From NCBI GenBank assembly GCA_951406725.2, contig OX597823.1, positions 78,802,001 to 78,866,000 of the forward strand: a stretch of 64,000 nucleotides of DNA, given 5' to 3'. The notes beneath the pieces were generated by a model. That model did no database searches, was not told the DNA's origin, and was given only the letters and a program-made list of their open reading frames with translations. Shown here piece by piece: positions 1-12,959 of the stretch. Position 1 is the first letter of the stretch, and each line of letters begins with the position of its first letter. Origin of the DNA: Octopus vulgaris (taxonomy: Eukaryota). Position numbers and translations under genes: made by a program.

Positions 1-257
1 TTTAGTTGGATTTCCTTCCATATTATCAGAGGAATGGCAATTTATTAAGAGTGTACATATTTCTGTAAGGTACTGTTCATACACACACACACACACATAT
101 ATCAATATATATGCACAGCTGGGAGTAATTAGGGGTGAATCCATGCTCCAGAGAATTCCAGAACTAGAACCTCTCCAGTGGATGCAGTTTAGTGGATAGG
201 GGGAAATCCGCGAAGTTGAAAAAAAAACTGTTCCGCATATTTAAAAAGAAATATATA

Positions 258-299
<42 letters not shown>

Positions 300-499
300 T
301 ATCGTAAATGCAAAACAACACCACGGAGGAGTCGACGTAATATTAAGGGATAAACCGTGATAGATGGACCGTGATAGGTGAAACACGATATGGCGAGGGA
401 TTACTGTACAATCACACATACATATATAACGAAAAATAACGAAACTTCACCCGGCATTTGATTACTTGTGGACGCGTTTCTGAGTAAGATAGATATACT

Positions 500-645
500 T
501 TTACACTTTACACTTTTACTTGTTTCAGTCATTTGACTGTGGCCATGCTGGAGCACCACCTTTTTTTTTTAGTCGATCAAATCGACCCCAGGACTTATTC
601 TTTGTAAGCCTAGTACTTATTCTATCGGTCTCTTTTGCTGAACCC
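500..645 (-). mobile_element. 3' part of abundant SINE family ending GGTGCTCCAGCATGGCCACAGTCAAATGACTGAAACAAG
   Basis: Same tail at ~3230-3270, 42860-42905, 45645-45680 and 59935-59985. Confidence 0.7.
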
Positions 646-987
646 TAATTATAATTATACTCATAATTATATAAAGTAATGTTTAAGTTTACCGTAAATG
701 GTACTTTTAATATGCTGAACACTACTTGGTAGAATTATTAATTACTAATTAATAATTAATTTTACCCTTTATTATTATTGATAATATAATTCTCTCCCTG
801 ATAATAACCTACAGATTTTTCTGTAGGTATTTGTTGCTCGACAAATGGGTGAAGGAAAATATGAAGCCTCATTTGTATGTTTTGAATTCGTGGGTACTGG
901 ATGTTGAAAATAGTTTGTCTGATGTTACTTGAATCAGATAGGCATATTCAATTTTTTCAGACCTCTTTAATTTAAAATATTGAAATC

Positions 988-1069
988 TTTGTGCTGATGA
1001 AGAGAATGATAGAATGGAGATGTAATTCTTGCATCTCCATATCTATCTAACTCAGAAACGCGTCCAAAG
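988..1069 (+). ncRNA. Hammerhead ribozyme-like motif (type I, degenerate)
   Basis: CTGATGA 994-1000, long stem II, GAAA 1055-1058, palindromic stem III ACGCGT, GTC cleavage triplet. A.A mismatch at the base of stem II. Confidence 0.45.
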
Positions 1070-1329
1070 TAATCAAATGCCGGGTGAATTTTCGTTATTT
1101 TTTCCTCTATGCCCACGTGAATTGTTTTTGAGTATACATTGTCTGGAAGATTCTTCTTATAGTAGAAGAACTAGCTAAGTTCTTTGGCTGCTATTTCTAA
1201 ACGTTCGGTATGTGGCAAAGCAAATTTTTTTGCTGAACCCTAATTATAATTATACTCATAATTATATAAAGTAATATATATATATATATATATGACAGGC
1301 TTCTCTAAAGGCTTTGGTCAGCGAAGATG

Positions 1330-1438
<109 letters not shown>

Positions 1439-1944
1439 AACGACGATACAACCGGCAACATTAACTGCAGTATATTACCTACTGCGGAACTGTTTCCGGA
1501 ATTTTGCGTGCCAGAACTTAGACATTTGAAAATAACACCAATGTAATCGGTAGAACTATATACACATCCAATTTTATAAGGGCAACTAGTGTATAGTTCT
1601 ACAAATTATATTGAATTGGAACGATCGTACTGAAGACTCTACAGACGAGAATCACCCAAGTAATTATCGGTGATGGCGAAACCGATCTATGATTAATTCT
1701 GTATTTTGTATATTTTCATCTGTCTTACCCGCTTATGTTCAGGTATTTGCTGAATTTCTCTAGAGAACATTCATTTCCTTGTAGTTAGATCATAGGTGAT
1801 CTTCATCTAGCATATTGGATGTCCACTTAGTGGTTATCTTTATTATACGCATGTATTACAATTTTTCTGAATTTTCAGATTTTTCTATATGTCAGGCTAC
1901 TGGTTTAAATTGATATTAATTAAATTAATATTCAATTTATCCTC

Positions 1945-2111
<167 letters not shown>

Positions 2112-2398
2112 TGAAGTATATTTGCCACCTAAATCTGACTGACCCACAAGGGACAATGCAACTGTAGTTTATAGCCCCAGGAAGACATCTCCTCCAGCTG
2201 ACTAACGACACGCTGTCTATGCTCGATAAGTATTTGCTAAGGGAAATCATCCTTCCCATCTCTAGCCTTACATGATACTCACGAACCTGTGTTTCTGAAT
2301 AGTAACCCGCCATCAGCGTGTGACAATCACCGGCAAGAGATGAGAAGTGATTCCGAATGTCGCTGATCTCGACAAAAGAGAAACAAGGCGGTGATTGT

Positions 2399-2443
2399 CA
2401 CATGCTGATGACGGCTTACTACTCGGAAACTCGGGTCTGTGTG
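2399..2443 (+). ncRNA. Hammerhead ribozyme (type I), complete core
   Basis: Stem I CACATG/TGTGTG, CTGATGA 2405-2411, stem II CGG/TCG, GAAA 2426-2429, stem III ACT/GGT, GTC 2435-2437. Confidence 0.6.
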
Positions 2444-2496
2444 TATCACGTAAGGCTAGAGATGGAAACGATGATTTCCCTTCGCAAATACTGATC

Positions 2497-2557
2497 GATA
2501 ACTGAAGAGATGCCGGTGCAGGTTTCCGCCCCGACATCCGAAACTCGGAGTTTTATT
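2497..2557 (+). ncRNA. Second hammerhead-like motif
   Basis: Stem I ATAA/TTAT, CTGAAGA, stem II GATG/CATC with one extra C before GAAA, stem III ACTC/GAGT, GTT triplet. Confidence 0.45.
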
Positions 2558-2660
2558 ATGGCAACCAAATAATTGTCACATAATATATTACGGATAAATT
2601 CCTCTATTTACATAATATCGAGGTCTCTTTCATTCTTTTGTTGTCTTACCATTACTATTA

Positions 2661-2716
<56 letters not shown>

Positions 2717-2849
2717 GAGTAGGAGTGGGCGTGCATACGTATTTACGTGTATGGGAATATATATATGTGTGCATATGAATGTGTGCATGTGTATACGTAC
2801 GAGAGTGATTATGTGTAAGGGCGTGGGGTGTACATGCGTGCGTGTATGA

Positions 2850-2887
<38 letters not shown>

Positions 2888-2894
2888 ATGTATT

Positions 2895-3275
2895 TAGTTG
2901 CAACCACGTGGTTTCGGGTCTCTCGTATTTCGGGTTCTGTCCCACTGCGTGATATCTTGGGCAAGTGTCTTCTACTGTATCCCCGAACCTACGAAAGCTT
3001 TGTGAGTGGATAATGCAAAGGGAAACTGTTGAGAAACCTGTCATGTGTGTGTGTGTGTGTGTGTGTTTATGACTTTGATCCCACCACCGTGCGAATTACA
3101 CGGTGAGAGTGTTGCTGTGTTTACATCCACTTAACTTAGCGCTTTGACAAAAGAGAATGGGAGAATAAGTGCTGGGTTTTAAAAAATTCAAGTAATGGTA
3201 TCGATTCATTGGACACAAATTCTTCAAGGTATCGCCCCAGCATGGCCACAGTCGAATGACTGAAACAAGAAAAAG
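2895..3275 (+). mobile_element. Degenerate tRNA-derived SINE with internal (TG)n
   Basis: B-box-like GGTTCTGTCCC, CTTGGGCAAGTG block and family tail CCCCAGCATGGCCACAGTC. Homologous to 59602-59990. Confidence 0.65.
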
Positions 3276-4021
3276 TTAAGATACTTTCTTTGTGTGTGTG
3301 AATTTTGTCATTTGTAAGATATTTAGGTCAAATATGAAAAATTTAGGTCATCTATTTAAAACTCAGAAATGAAGCATTCCTGTCTGTTCATTACATTCAA
3401 CAACTCTGACGTCATAATGAGGCATTAATTATAAGTTATGATTTTTTTTCACCACGCAACCCTACTCCTATCTGGACAGATGTTGAGTAATTTTTTTTGC
3501 GCTACGCACTTGGGAGCGATGGAGGAGGCCTTTCTGGTAAAAAAGAAAATTCTGTGGATGGGGTTTGTGGTTTAAGGGATATTTGGCTATTGTTTCTGGC
3601 AGATTCTACGACTACCTGGTATCTTCCTCGTTTCTGCCCCTCCATTTCGGCTCCAGGCGAGTCCGTGTGTGTGCGTGAGAGTGTGTGTGAGCGTGAGAGT
3701 GTGCGCGTGCGTGAGAGTGTGTGTGAGTATAAGAAAATATATTTACCAAGAGAATAGCATATCATTAAAAACAAATATATCATTAAAAGTATATTAAATA
3801 TGGTTTCTGTTCACAAATATCTTGGGTCATACATATCATCATCCGGATAAGATTTTCTAACTAGAAAGGGTATGGCCTGATCAGCCTGTAAGGACATGCA
3901 TAAGATCTGGACATTCTTGTAGAGTTGAAAACGAGGTAATTTCTACTCTTCTCCTCTATAAGCCATCTGCTGGCCATTGATAAAAAATTTTTCCCGAAAA
4001 AAAGTCTATCCTACATTAGTT

Positions 4022-4108
<87 letters not shown>

Positions 4109-4140
4109 AGTTAGAAGGTTTGGAGATGATGTACAGGTAA

Positions 4141-4336
4141 TATATATTAGAAGAAACGAGGTAGTCAGAAATCCGGATGGTTTTATATTTACCGATATCT
4201 ATTAGTATGTTACATGTTTTTATACATCATATATCATAAATTAGCGCTTTCTTCCACTCTAGTGGAGTCTTCAAATTGATCTAAATTGTGTATCTAATAT
4301 ATACAGATCAATGCGGATTTCTGAGTACCTCTTTTC

Positions 4337-4348
<12 letters not shown>
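4141..4348. mobile_element. Short foldback element in (TA)n (MITE-like or Penelope-derived)
   Basis: ~35-bp inverted repeats TATATATTAGAAGAAACGAGGTAGTCAGAAATCCG / CGGATTTCTGAGTACCTCTTTTCTTCTAATATATA. Degenerate minus-strand hammerhead-like core inside. Confidence 0.55.
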
Positions 4349-4398
<50 letters not shown>

Positions 4399-4428
4399 TG
4401 TATGTATGTATGTATGTATGTATGAATG

Positions 4429-4474
<46 letters not shown>

Positions 4475-5240
4475 GATAAAATGCTTTGATCAGTTATGTG
4501 TGCATACACATAAATATATGTGTGTGAGAGTGTGTATATAAAACGCTCAACCTACAAACCTTGCCTGCATGAGGCACTTCACATATAAAAGCACAACTCT
4601 CCAGCACTGCTAAATAAACATAATGAGGCACTAAGCATATGCAACCACCCCAATTTAAATTTTTGATTTTGTTTACTTTAAAGAGATCGAAACGAATTGA
4701 CGAACATGTGCAAATCGAAATTAAACCCAGACAAAAACATAAAAGTGAAGAGAATTTACGTTTTACTTATGTAAATAAGTATTTAATTAAAATTAAATAC
4801 ACCATTTTTATGAGAAACAAACATTAATGTTTAAAAATTAATGTTATAATGTTTAATAAGGGGCTCAACTCCTTTTTCATCCCTTTATTTGTCTATCTAT
4901 TTATCCCTGTCCGTTTATTCATAAAATATCTTTGTCAACTAAATGTGGCGGCCCTATAGAAGACGGTGTTACTGCTGCTTTCAGACCCGGGATGACATTC
5001 ATATCTATCTCTTTATACACGTATCTATATGCATTTGAATTTAAAAGTTTCAAAACGTGGTTTCTTGCATATAAAACATAAGGAGAAAAAGTTTCGAAAA
5101 GTTAAGTGGTGGTGTTGGGGGTTAAAAAAATTAATTTTTGCATATTCGTAGTCTCCGACATCTAAAACGTAGGAACTCGAAAAGTTTTTTCCAAAAATGC
5201 CTTTTTCAAGGAGAGGTGCGAAACTGCATTAGAAACTACA

Positions 5241-5288
<48 letters not shown>

Positions 5289-5392
5289 CATATATACATA
5301 CACACACACACACCACACACACACACACATATATATATATGTATATATATGTATGTATATATATATATATATATATATATGCAGTTTTGCAC

Positions 5393-5467
<75 letters not shown>

Positions 5468-5526
5468 CAACTAAATTTCACGTTAAATTTCTGTTAAAAT
5501 GTCTTATTGACGAGCTTCATTTCTTC

Positions 5527-5615
5527 ACTGCCCTGAAGAGAAGATTACATTGTTTTACGCCATTTTATTCCTTTGGAATAATATCAGTGAATTCTTCGAA
5601 ACATGTGTCGGGAGT
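5527..5615 (+). ncRNA. Hammerhead ribozyme (type I), near-intact
   Basis: Stem I ACTGCC/GGGAGT (1 mismatch), CTGAAGA 5533-5539, stem II GAAGA/TCTTC, GAAA 5598-5601, palindromic ACATGT in stem III, GTC 5607-5609. Confidence 0.55.
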
Positions 5616-7369
5616 AAAAGTATTTGAATTATACCTGCGTTAAACTCTATTTATTTATTTATTTATTTATATTTAAATAATAATGGATTACTCCAAACGT
5701 TTACCAGTTTGCGCGCTCTTTGTCAGGTATTTATGAACTATAATGGAATGCCTTCCTTTTCTGGGTCTGTTAGGTTTTGAAATGTCATCGATGCTTCCGT
5801 TACTTTATTTTTCTCTAAGTTGATCTGTTGGCCCCAAGGCAAACCCACTTTTACCTCGGATAAAACGTGATATTCACTTGGCGGCCTCACTCCTTTGACT
5901 TATTCCCTTTGAGCGGCTCTTGCCAGGTACTTGCACTCCATTGGCATAGCTTTCAATGCTCACTGATACTACAAATCACTAAACCGCAACAAGTACTGGA
6001 CCTTCTTGGCCCCGTCACCTGTGACCAGGTGGCACAACCAGGATGTGACAGCTGGAAGGAGAGAAACAGAGAGCTACACCAGTATTCAGCTAGTGCCTAC
6101 TTGCAGCCGAGTAGACTGAGGTGACGTGAAATAATGAGCCTTGTACAAATATACAACGTGCTACCGTTAAGCGTCATTTTGCCCGACTTTATGTTCTGCG
6201 TTCAAACGGCACCGTGCTTTCTGGTTAGTGCACTCGGCTCACAATCGTGAGGTCGTCAGTTCGATTCCCTTTCTGTCTTTGAACCCCTACCATCTTATAG
6301 CAACAGGACCAGCAGACCAGGTCTGGTTTCGGGCTATTCCTGCCACTGCTCAGTACTGGACACCTCATCTGCTAATCTGTGGAGACGGGATGTATATAAT
6401 AAAGTGTATATAATAAAGTATGTGCATATAAAGAAACCTGTGTAGATATATTTGTTCAGAAGAAATGAGTTCGATGTTAGAAGTGAAATATATTTCTGGA
6501 ATATATGTAGTTCACTGTGTGTCAACCAATTTCTATGATGTATCAGGGTCAAGACAGACATTTACCAATGTATGTATGCATGTGTGTGTATGCATGTATA
6601 TGTGTGTGTGTGTCTGTGTCTGCGCCATTTAACTACACAAAATGCTGTATGTATGTAATTGTTTAAAGAAGAGTTTCTGCTGTACTCTTGGTAGTTACTG
6701 ATGTATCTTATAATATTCTCTATTCCGAACATGTAAATACTATAATATTTGTTATAAATGAATGTTATTGATTGGATGTTTCTGTTTTGTTCACAGATGT
6801 TTGTGGTGCAGAAATAAAGCGACCACAACAAAAGTCCATCGTGTGGACACCTTGTAATATGTAAGGGATGTTCAAACGTTCCACTTCAACAATGTCTGAA
6901 GTGTTTAAAACCTGTAACAAGCAGAGGTCGAGTTGGTAAGAATATTCTTTGCTGATCTGTCTTTTTGTCCTGCTTGTCCCATTGCCCTTATTGCGTAGAA
7001 TAATATACTTCATGTTGTTGTGTAGACATAGATCTGCCATAATCTGGCAGATTTATAATAAAAGGTGTTCCTAGTGTCTGTTCTCTGTAATTGTATATCT
7101 CTCACACTACATCCACTAAACATTGACCTTATCCAAGTAGGAAACATATCATACTTCAAGAGGGTTGTAGTCTGCAACATAAAAATAATGGAGGATTCTG
7201 CAAGATAATTAGTGAGTAACTGAAGTATCAATAAATCTCCATCAACACTATAATTAATTATGAGTTGTTAGAAGATAAGTAAATACAACAGTACTTACAA
7301 AGACATCATTGTAATCTTTGGTAAAGTATTAAAATTAGCAGAATATTTTAAAGGAGTAAAAGTACGTGT

Positions 7370-8200
7370 CACCAGTGTTTGAGACTTCAACACACAACTT
7401 CCTCTTCTATTTGTGGGCACCCTACTCTTTACCTTTCTCCAATTCTTTTCCGCCTGGAGGTCCGAACCAAATCAAAACCCAAGCAGTTTAACCAGTTCTC
7501 CCTCCAGCGCCCTACGGTGCTGCCGGTCGGCATGGACCCTCCCATATAGATGCCGAGTTTAGCCTTGTTAATCTTTGCTTTTATTGCCGTTTCATATTTC
7601 CTGTGAAGACTACTTCCAAGTATTGGTGGTTGACCTTATCAGAAGCTTTTAATTAATCCAAATAGATCAGGATCCTTGTTGATAATTTAGAGTGTGTGCT
7701 AGAGGTTGCGATGCATAGGTCAGTTTGGGATAGCGCATATCTGTGCAACATCGACCACTGTATCAAGTACAAGCGCAAACTTCTTGACTAACATCGTGGT
7801 CAAAACGTAACCGGCTTTTAGCAGAGTTACGGGCCTCAAATTATCTATCTGGTTGTTCTTGTTCGGCTCCTTTTTCAGAAGCACCGCCACTCCACGGCTC
7901 ACAGCACTCGTAATTTTTCCGTTATGCTGCTAGTTACGGTGGACATGGGCCAAAAGATCGACCAGCAAACCTGGCATATAATGATAAATCTCCCTGCACC
8001 TCCGGCTGAATTGTGGCTTCGTTACCATGTTGCGACTTCGCCATTCTAGCCCATCGAATGACTTTCATCCCCTCATATTTTAGTGCACACGCCCTAGCTG
8101 TTACAACACAGCTTTCGTTCTTAGCATTGAGCAATTGATCAAGAACCACTTTGCCACTTCTAAGTGCTTCTTATAGCTTTCTAACGAGGGTTCCCTCTAT
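7370..8200 (-). mobile_element. Tx1/L1-clade LINE ORF2 remnant (RT)
   Basis: Peptide GVAVLLKKEPNKNNQIDNLRPVTLL...AQICAIP resembles the RT N-terminal motifs. The downstream piece resembles 57230-57390. Many stops and deletions. Confidence 0.7.
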
Positions 8201-8577
8201 TCTACATTCCTCTAATAATACTGTATGTGTTTTATATACATGCAATTCATATGTTTTACTTTCCAGTTCGGGGCTGGTGTATAGCGAATCCGTGTGGTAA
8301 ATATGGTTTATGCATCGAGAGACCATGGACCTATCTCTGTATCTGTCAACCAGGGTTCCGTTTCGATGGGATGACATGCGTTGGTAAGTAAAGAAGAAAC
8401 AGTACCACCGACGATATACACGCGATTATTTATAAATTGGTTTGAAACTATAATATTAATAATAATAATAATCTTTAAAAAATAATAATAATAATAACAA
8501 CTACAACAACAACAACAACAACAACAATGATAATAAAAATAACAACAACAACAACGAAAACAATATTAATAAATGAC

Positions 8578-9739
<1,162 letters not shown>

Positions 9740-9745
9740 TATTGT

Positions 9746-10248
9746 TTGGAAGTGTTATCATGTACATTGTTTTGTCTTGGTATAAAAGATGGGCTACAGC
9801 AAATATTCTGCTCAATACCACAGATTTGCTTGTCAGTTGTTTGACCTTAACCAGTTGAGCATGTCCCTTAGTGGCTGACGATATGTGCATCTCTGATCAC
9901 GATCAGAAGTAGTGGGGGAGCATCATAGCCATGTGTTGAGAAGGATTCTTTGGGGTTTGAATAATTCACCTCTGGAAACATGGGTGTTTCGTTCGACATC
10001 CTTAAACAACCCTTATTCAGGGACCTTTTGAGCGGGATGGGTTACTCGATCTGAAGAAAATTCTAACTGGGCCCCACCTGCAAGGTCATGTGCTGTTTAT
10101 CTTGATATGAGATCACCATGTCGCGCACATATGGTTGTGATGCATGTGCCTGGTGTACCCTTATCAGACGGGTAGTCATGATGGGTATACTGGGCTTAGT
10201 ATATTTTACCCCAGTGTCACTTTGATGGCATGAACTGCTCGCTCACTC
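9746..10248 (+). mobile_element. Element X (non-coding retroelement), 5'-truncated copy
   Basis: Homologous to ~10576-11078. Ends CACTC-(AAT)n. Confidence 0.8.
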
Positions 10249-10312
<64 letters not shown>

Positions 10313-10315
<3 letters not shown>

Positions 10316-10540
10316 GCCCTGATGCAGTACCAATGCCCTGATGCAGTACCAATGCCGTGATGCAGTATAAATGCCCTGATGCAGTACCAATGCCCTGATG
10401 CAGTACCAATGCCCTGATGCAGTATAAATGCCCTGATGCAGTACCAATACCCTGATGCAGTATAAATGCCCTGATGCAGTACCAATGCCCTGATGCAGAA
10501 TAAATGCCCTGATGCAGTATAAATGCCCTGATGCAGTACC
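10313..10540 (+). repeat. 12 x 19-bp tandem array of the element X 5' end (AATGCCCTGATGCAGTA[CC/TA])
   Basis: Counted directly. The last unit continues into element X. Confidence 0.95.
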
Positions 10541-11078
10541 AGGCAGTGGCTCTCATGGCTTCTGATCTTAACTGATTGGAAGTGTTATCATGTACATTGT
10601 TTTGTCTTGGTATATAAGATGGGCTACAGCAAATATTCTGCTCAATACCACAGATTTGCTTGTCAGTTGTTTGACCGTAACCAGTTGAGCATGTCCCTTA
10701 GTGGCTGACGATATGTGCATCTCTGATCACGATCAGAAGTAGTGGGGGAGCATCATAGCCATGTGTTGAGAAGGATTCTTTGGGGTTTGAATAATTCACC
10801 TCTGGAAACATGGGTGTTTCGTTCAACGTCCTTAAACAACCCTTATTCAGGGACCATTTGAGCGGGATGGGTTACTCGATCTGAAGAAAATTCTAACTGG
10901 GCTCCACCTGCAAGGTCATGTGCTGTTTATCTTGATATGAGATCACCATGTCGCGCACATATGGTTGTGATGCATGTGCCTGGTGTACCCTTATCAGACG
11001 GGTAGTCATGATGGGTATACTGGGCTTCGTATATTTTACCCCAGTGTCACTTTGATGGCATGCTCTGCTCGCTCACTC
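10522..11078 (+). mobile_element. Element X, full-length (~557 bp)
   Basis: Same start as copies at 11458 and 32606. Same end as 10248, 28375 and 33164. (AAT)n tail. Confidence 0.85.
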
Positions 11079-11159
11079 AATAATAATAATAATAATAATA
11101 ATCAGAAGAAGGAGAACAAGAACAAGAACAAGAACAAGAGCAAGAAGAATTATTTCTAG

Positions 11160-11363
11160 TGGAAGCACAAGGCCTAAAATTTGAGAGAAGGGATTAAGTC
11201 GATTACATAGACCTCAGTAGGCAACTGGTACTTAATTTATCGATCCCGAAAGGATGAAAGGCAAAATCGACCTCGGCGGAATTTGAATACAAAACGTAGC
11301 GGCAGACGATAAACCGATAAGCATTTCGTCCAAAGTGCTAACGATTCTTCCATCTCCCCGCCT
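11160..11363 (-). mobile_element. tRNA-derived SINE with Meta/MESC-like domain
   Basis: Reverse complement contains GCCTTTCATCCTTTCGGGATCGATAAATTAAGTACCAG. Homologous to 13512-13744. Confidence 0.75.
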
Positions 11364-11367
11364 TTAC

Positions 11368-11452
<85 letters not shown>

Positions 11453-11457
11453 TAATA

Positions 11458-11825
11458 AATGCCCTGATGCAGTACCAGTCAGTGGCTCTTATGGCTTCTG
11501 ATCTTAACTGATTGGAAGTGTTATCATGTACATTGTTTTGTCTTGGTATATAAGATGGGCTACAGCAAATATTCTGCTCAATACCACAGATTTGCTTGTC
11601 AGTTGGTTGACCTTAACCAGTTGAGCATGCCCCTTGGTGGGCGACACTACGTACTTTTCTGATCACGATCAGAAGTAGTGGGGGAGCATCATAGCCATGT
11701 GTTGAGAGGAATTCTTTGGGTTTAGAATAATTCACCTCTGGAAACATGGGTGTTTCGTTCAACATCCTTAAAAAACCCTTATTCAGAGACATTTTGAGCA
11801 GGGTCATGCGTTGTTTATCTTCATA
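11458..11825 (+). mobile_element. Element X, internally deleted and 3'-truncated copy
   Basis: Starts AATGCCCTGATGCAGTACC after (AAT)n. Homology is lost after ~11825. Confidence 0.8.
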
Positions 11826-12260
11826 TAAAATCACGATTTTTGCCGCAGTCACTATCTGTGTGACAAATTCACAGTGAAACCCTTTAAGGGTTTGTCAAAT
11901 GGGGAAGATTTCTTTCCTAAATCCTTTCAGTTTCGACTCTTTTTATCAATGCCACCGGCAACAATAACTGCAAATCAAATATTTGGGCAATTACGAAGAC
12001 AAAAGTTACTTAGAATTTTCATATACGCGTATGAACACTGACAACAGGAACAACAATGCACAAGCTCAGAGCTATGAGTGCGTTACAACTGATAGCAGAA
12101 ACAACTGTGAGCCAATAAGGTGAATTACATAATTTATTATTCCCTTGTCCCCTACAAATACACAAACACACAAACACATATAATAGAGATTACTTCGTTA
12201 ACAGACTGAGTGAGAGAGAGAGAGAGAGAGACAAACACGATGTTTTTGGTTAAACTATCA

Positions 12261-12266
12261 TTTATT
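12261..12266 (-). terminator. Putative polyadenylation signal of the EGF-domain gene
   Basis: AATAAA on the minus strand ~500 nt after the stop, followed by a GT/T-rich stretch. Confidence 0.5.
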
Positions 12267-12759
12267 TAACTAATTGGATAAAATTATTGGTTTAATAAAA
12301 TCTTAAAATATATGCAACAATGATTTGGTATATAAGTGACATATTGGGACCACGGGATTGTCATCGCGTGATTTTGTGCGATGATCACCTGATGTGGTGA
12401 TCACGTAATAGAGAGATGACCTAAGTCATATGGAAGTCATCCAGAAGGGAGATGACTTGCTCTGGAGGTAACCTCACAGAGATGTCCTACTGTGAATGGT
12501 TTACAATTGGCCGGTGATTGCGTTCTCCGTGTTCTGTGTAAGTCGGTGTTATTTGTTTTATTACCAGATAGAGAGAATATAGACTATGTGCATCTAGGAG
12601 TACATTATATAATGTACAATATAATAGATAATAATAGTTGTTTTTCATGTCAGCTTCGATTGAGGAGAATCGTAGGAAAAATCAAGAATATATATACATT
12701 CCATTTACGACCATCTCGTCTATTTTGAGAATTCACTCTCAGATGGTTCAAAAGTTTAG

Positions 12760-12959
12760 TTAAGGAATTTTATATTTTGGTATGGCAGTTGGATTACCGG
12801 GTATAGCAATTTTCAGTTTCCTTTGAGGTATCGAAAGGTAACACATGTTCCGTCTTGCTACAAACCCGAAGGGGCAAGCACAGTAGTGGAAGCCGGGTCT
12901 GTTAACACATCTGTAAGGGAAAGGGCATCCACCATTGTTTTTCTTACATTCGTTGATGT
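12760..12959 (-). CDS. Exon 3 (last) of secreted single-EGF-domain protein
   Basis: Acceptor ttttctcccttatcttcag, phase 1. Encodes DINECKKNNGGCPFPYRCVNRPGFHYCACPFGFVARRNMC (6 Cys, calcium-binding-EGF-like spacing), a basic tail and TAA. Confidence 0.85.

Larger units (their letters stand above)
427..1276 (+). mobile_element. Penelope-like element (pseudo-LTR) remnant with inverted and direct repeats, interrupted by a SINE tail
   Basis: 427-495 is the reverse complement of ~1040-1103. A 48-bp direct repeat lies at ~633-680 and ~1228-1276. Hammerhead-like CTGATGA...GAAACGCGTC at 994-1064. Ends in (TA)n. Confidence 0.55.
2300..2655 (+). mobile_element. Penelope-like pseudo-LTR remnant carrying two hammerhead motifs
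   Basis: 2500-2655 is homologous to 20500-20655. Two CTGA(T/A)GA...GAAAC cores. Flanked by dinucleotide repeats. Confidence 0.55.

Noticed and set aside
1625-1695. Hammerhead at CAGACGA...CGAAACCGATC
   Set aside because: Core mutated at essential positions. At most a decayed relic.
3502-3783. Possible minus-strand exon (MEGQKRGRYQ...)
   Set aside because: No recognisable domain, a weak donor and no partner exons found.
6560-7260. Short minus-strand ORFs as a gene or transposase
   Set aside because: No motif I can recognise, and frames are interrupted.
10313-10540. CRISPR array
   Set aside because: Units abut with no unique spacers, the context is eukaryotic and there are no cas genes.
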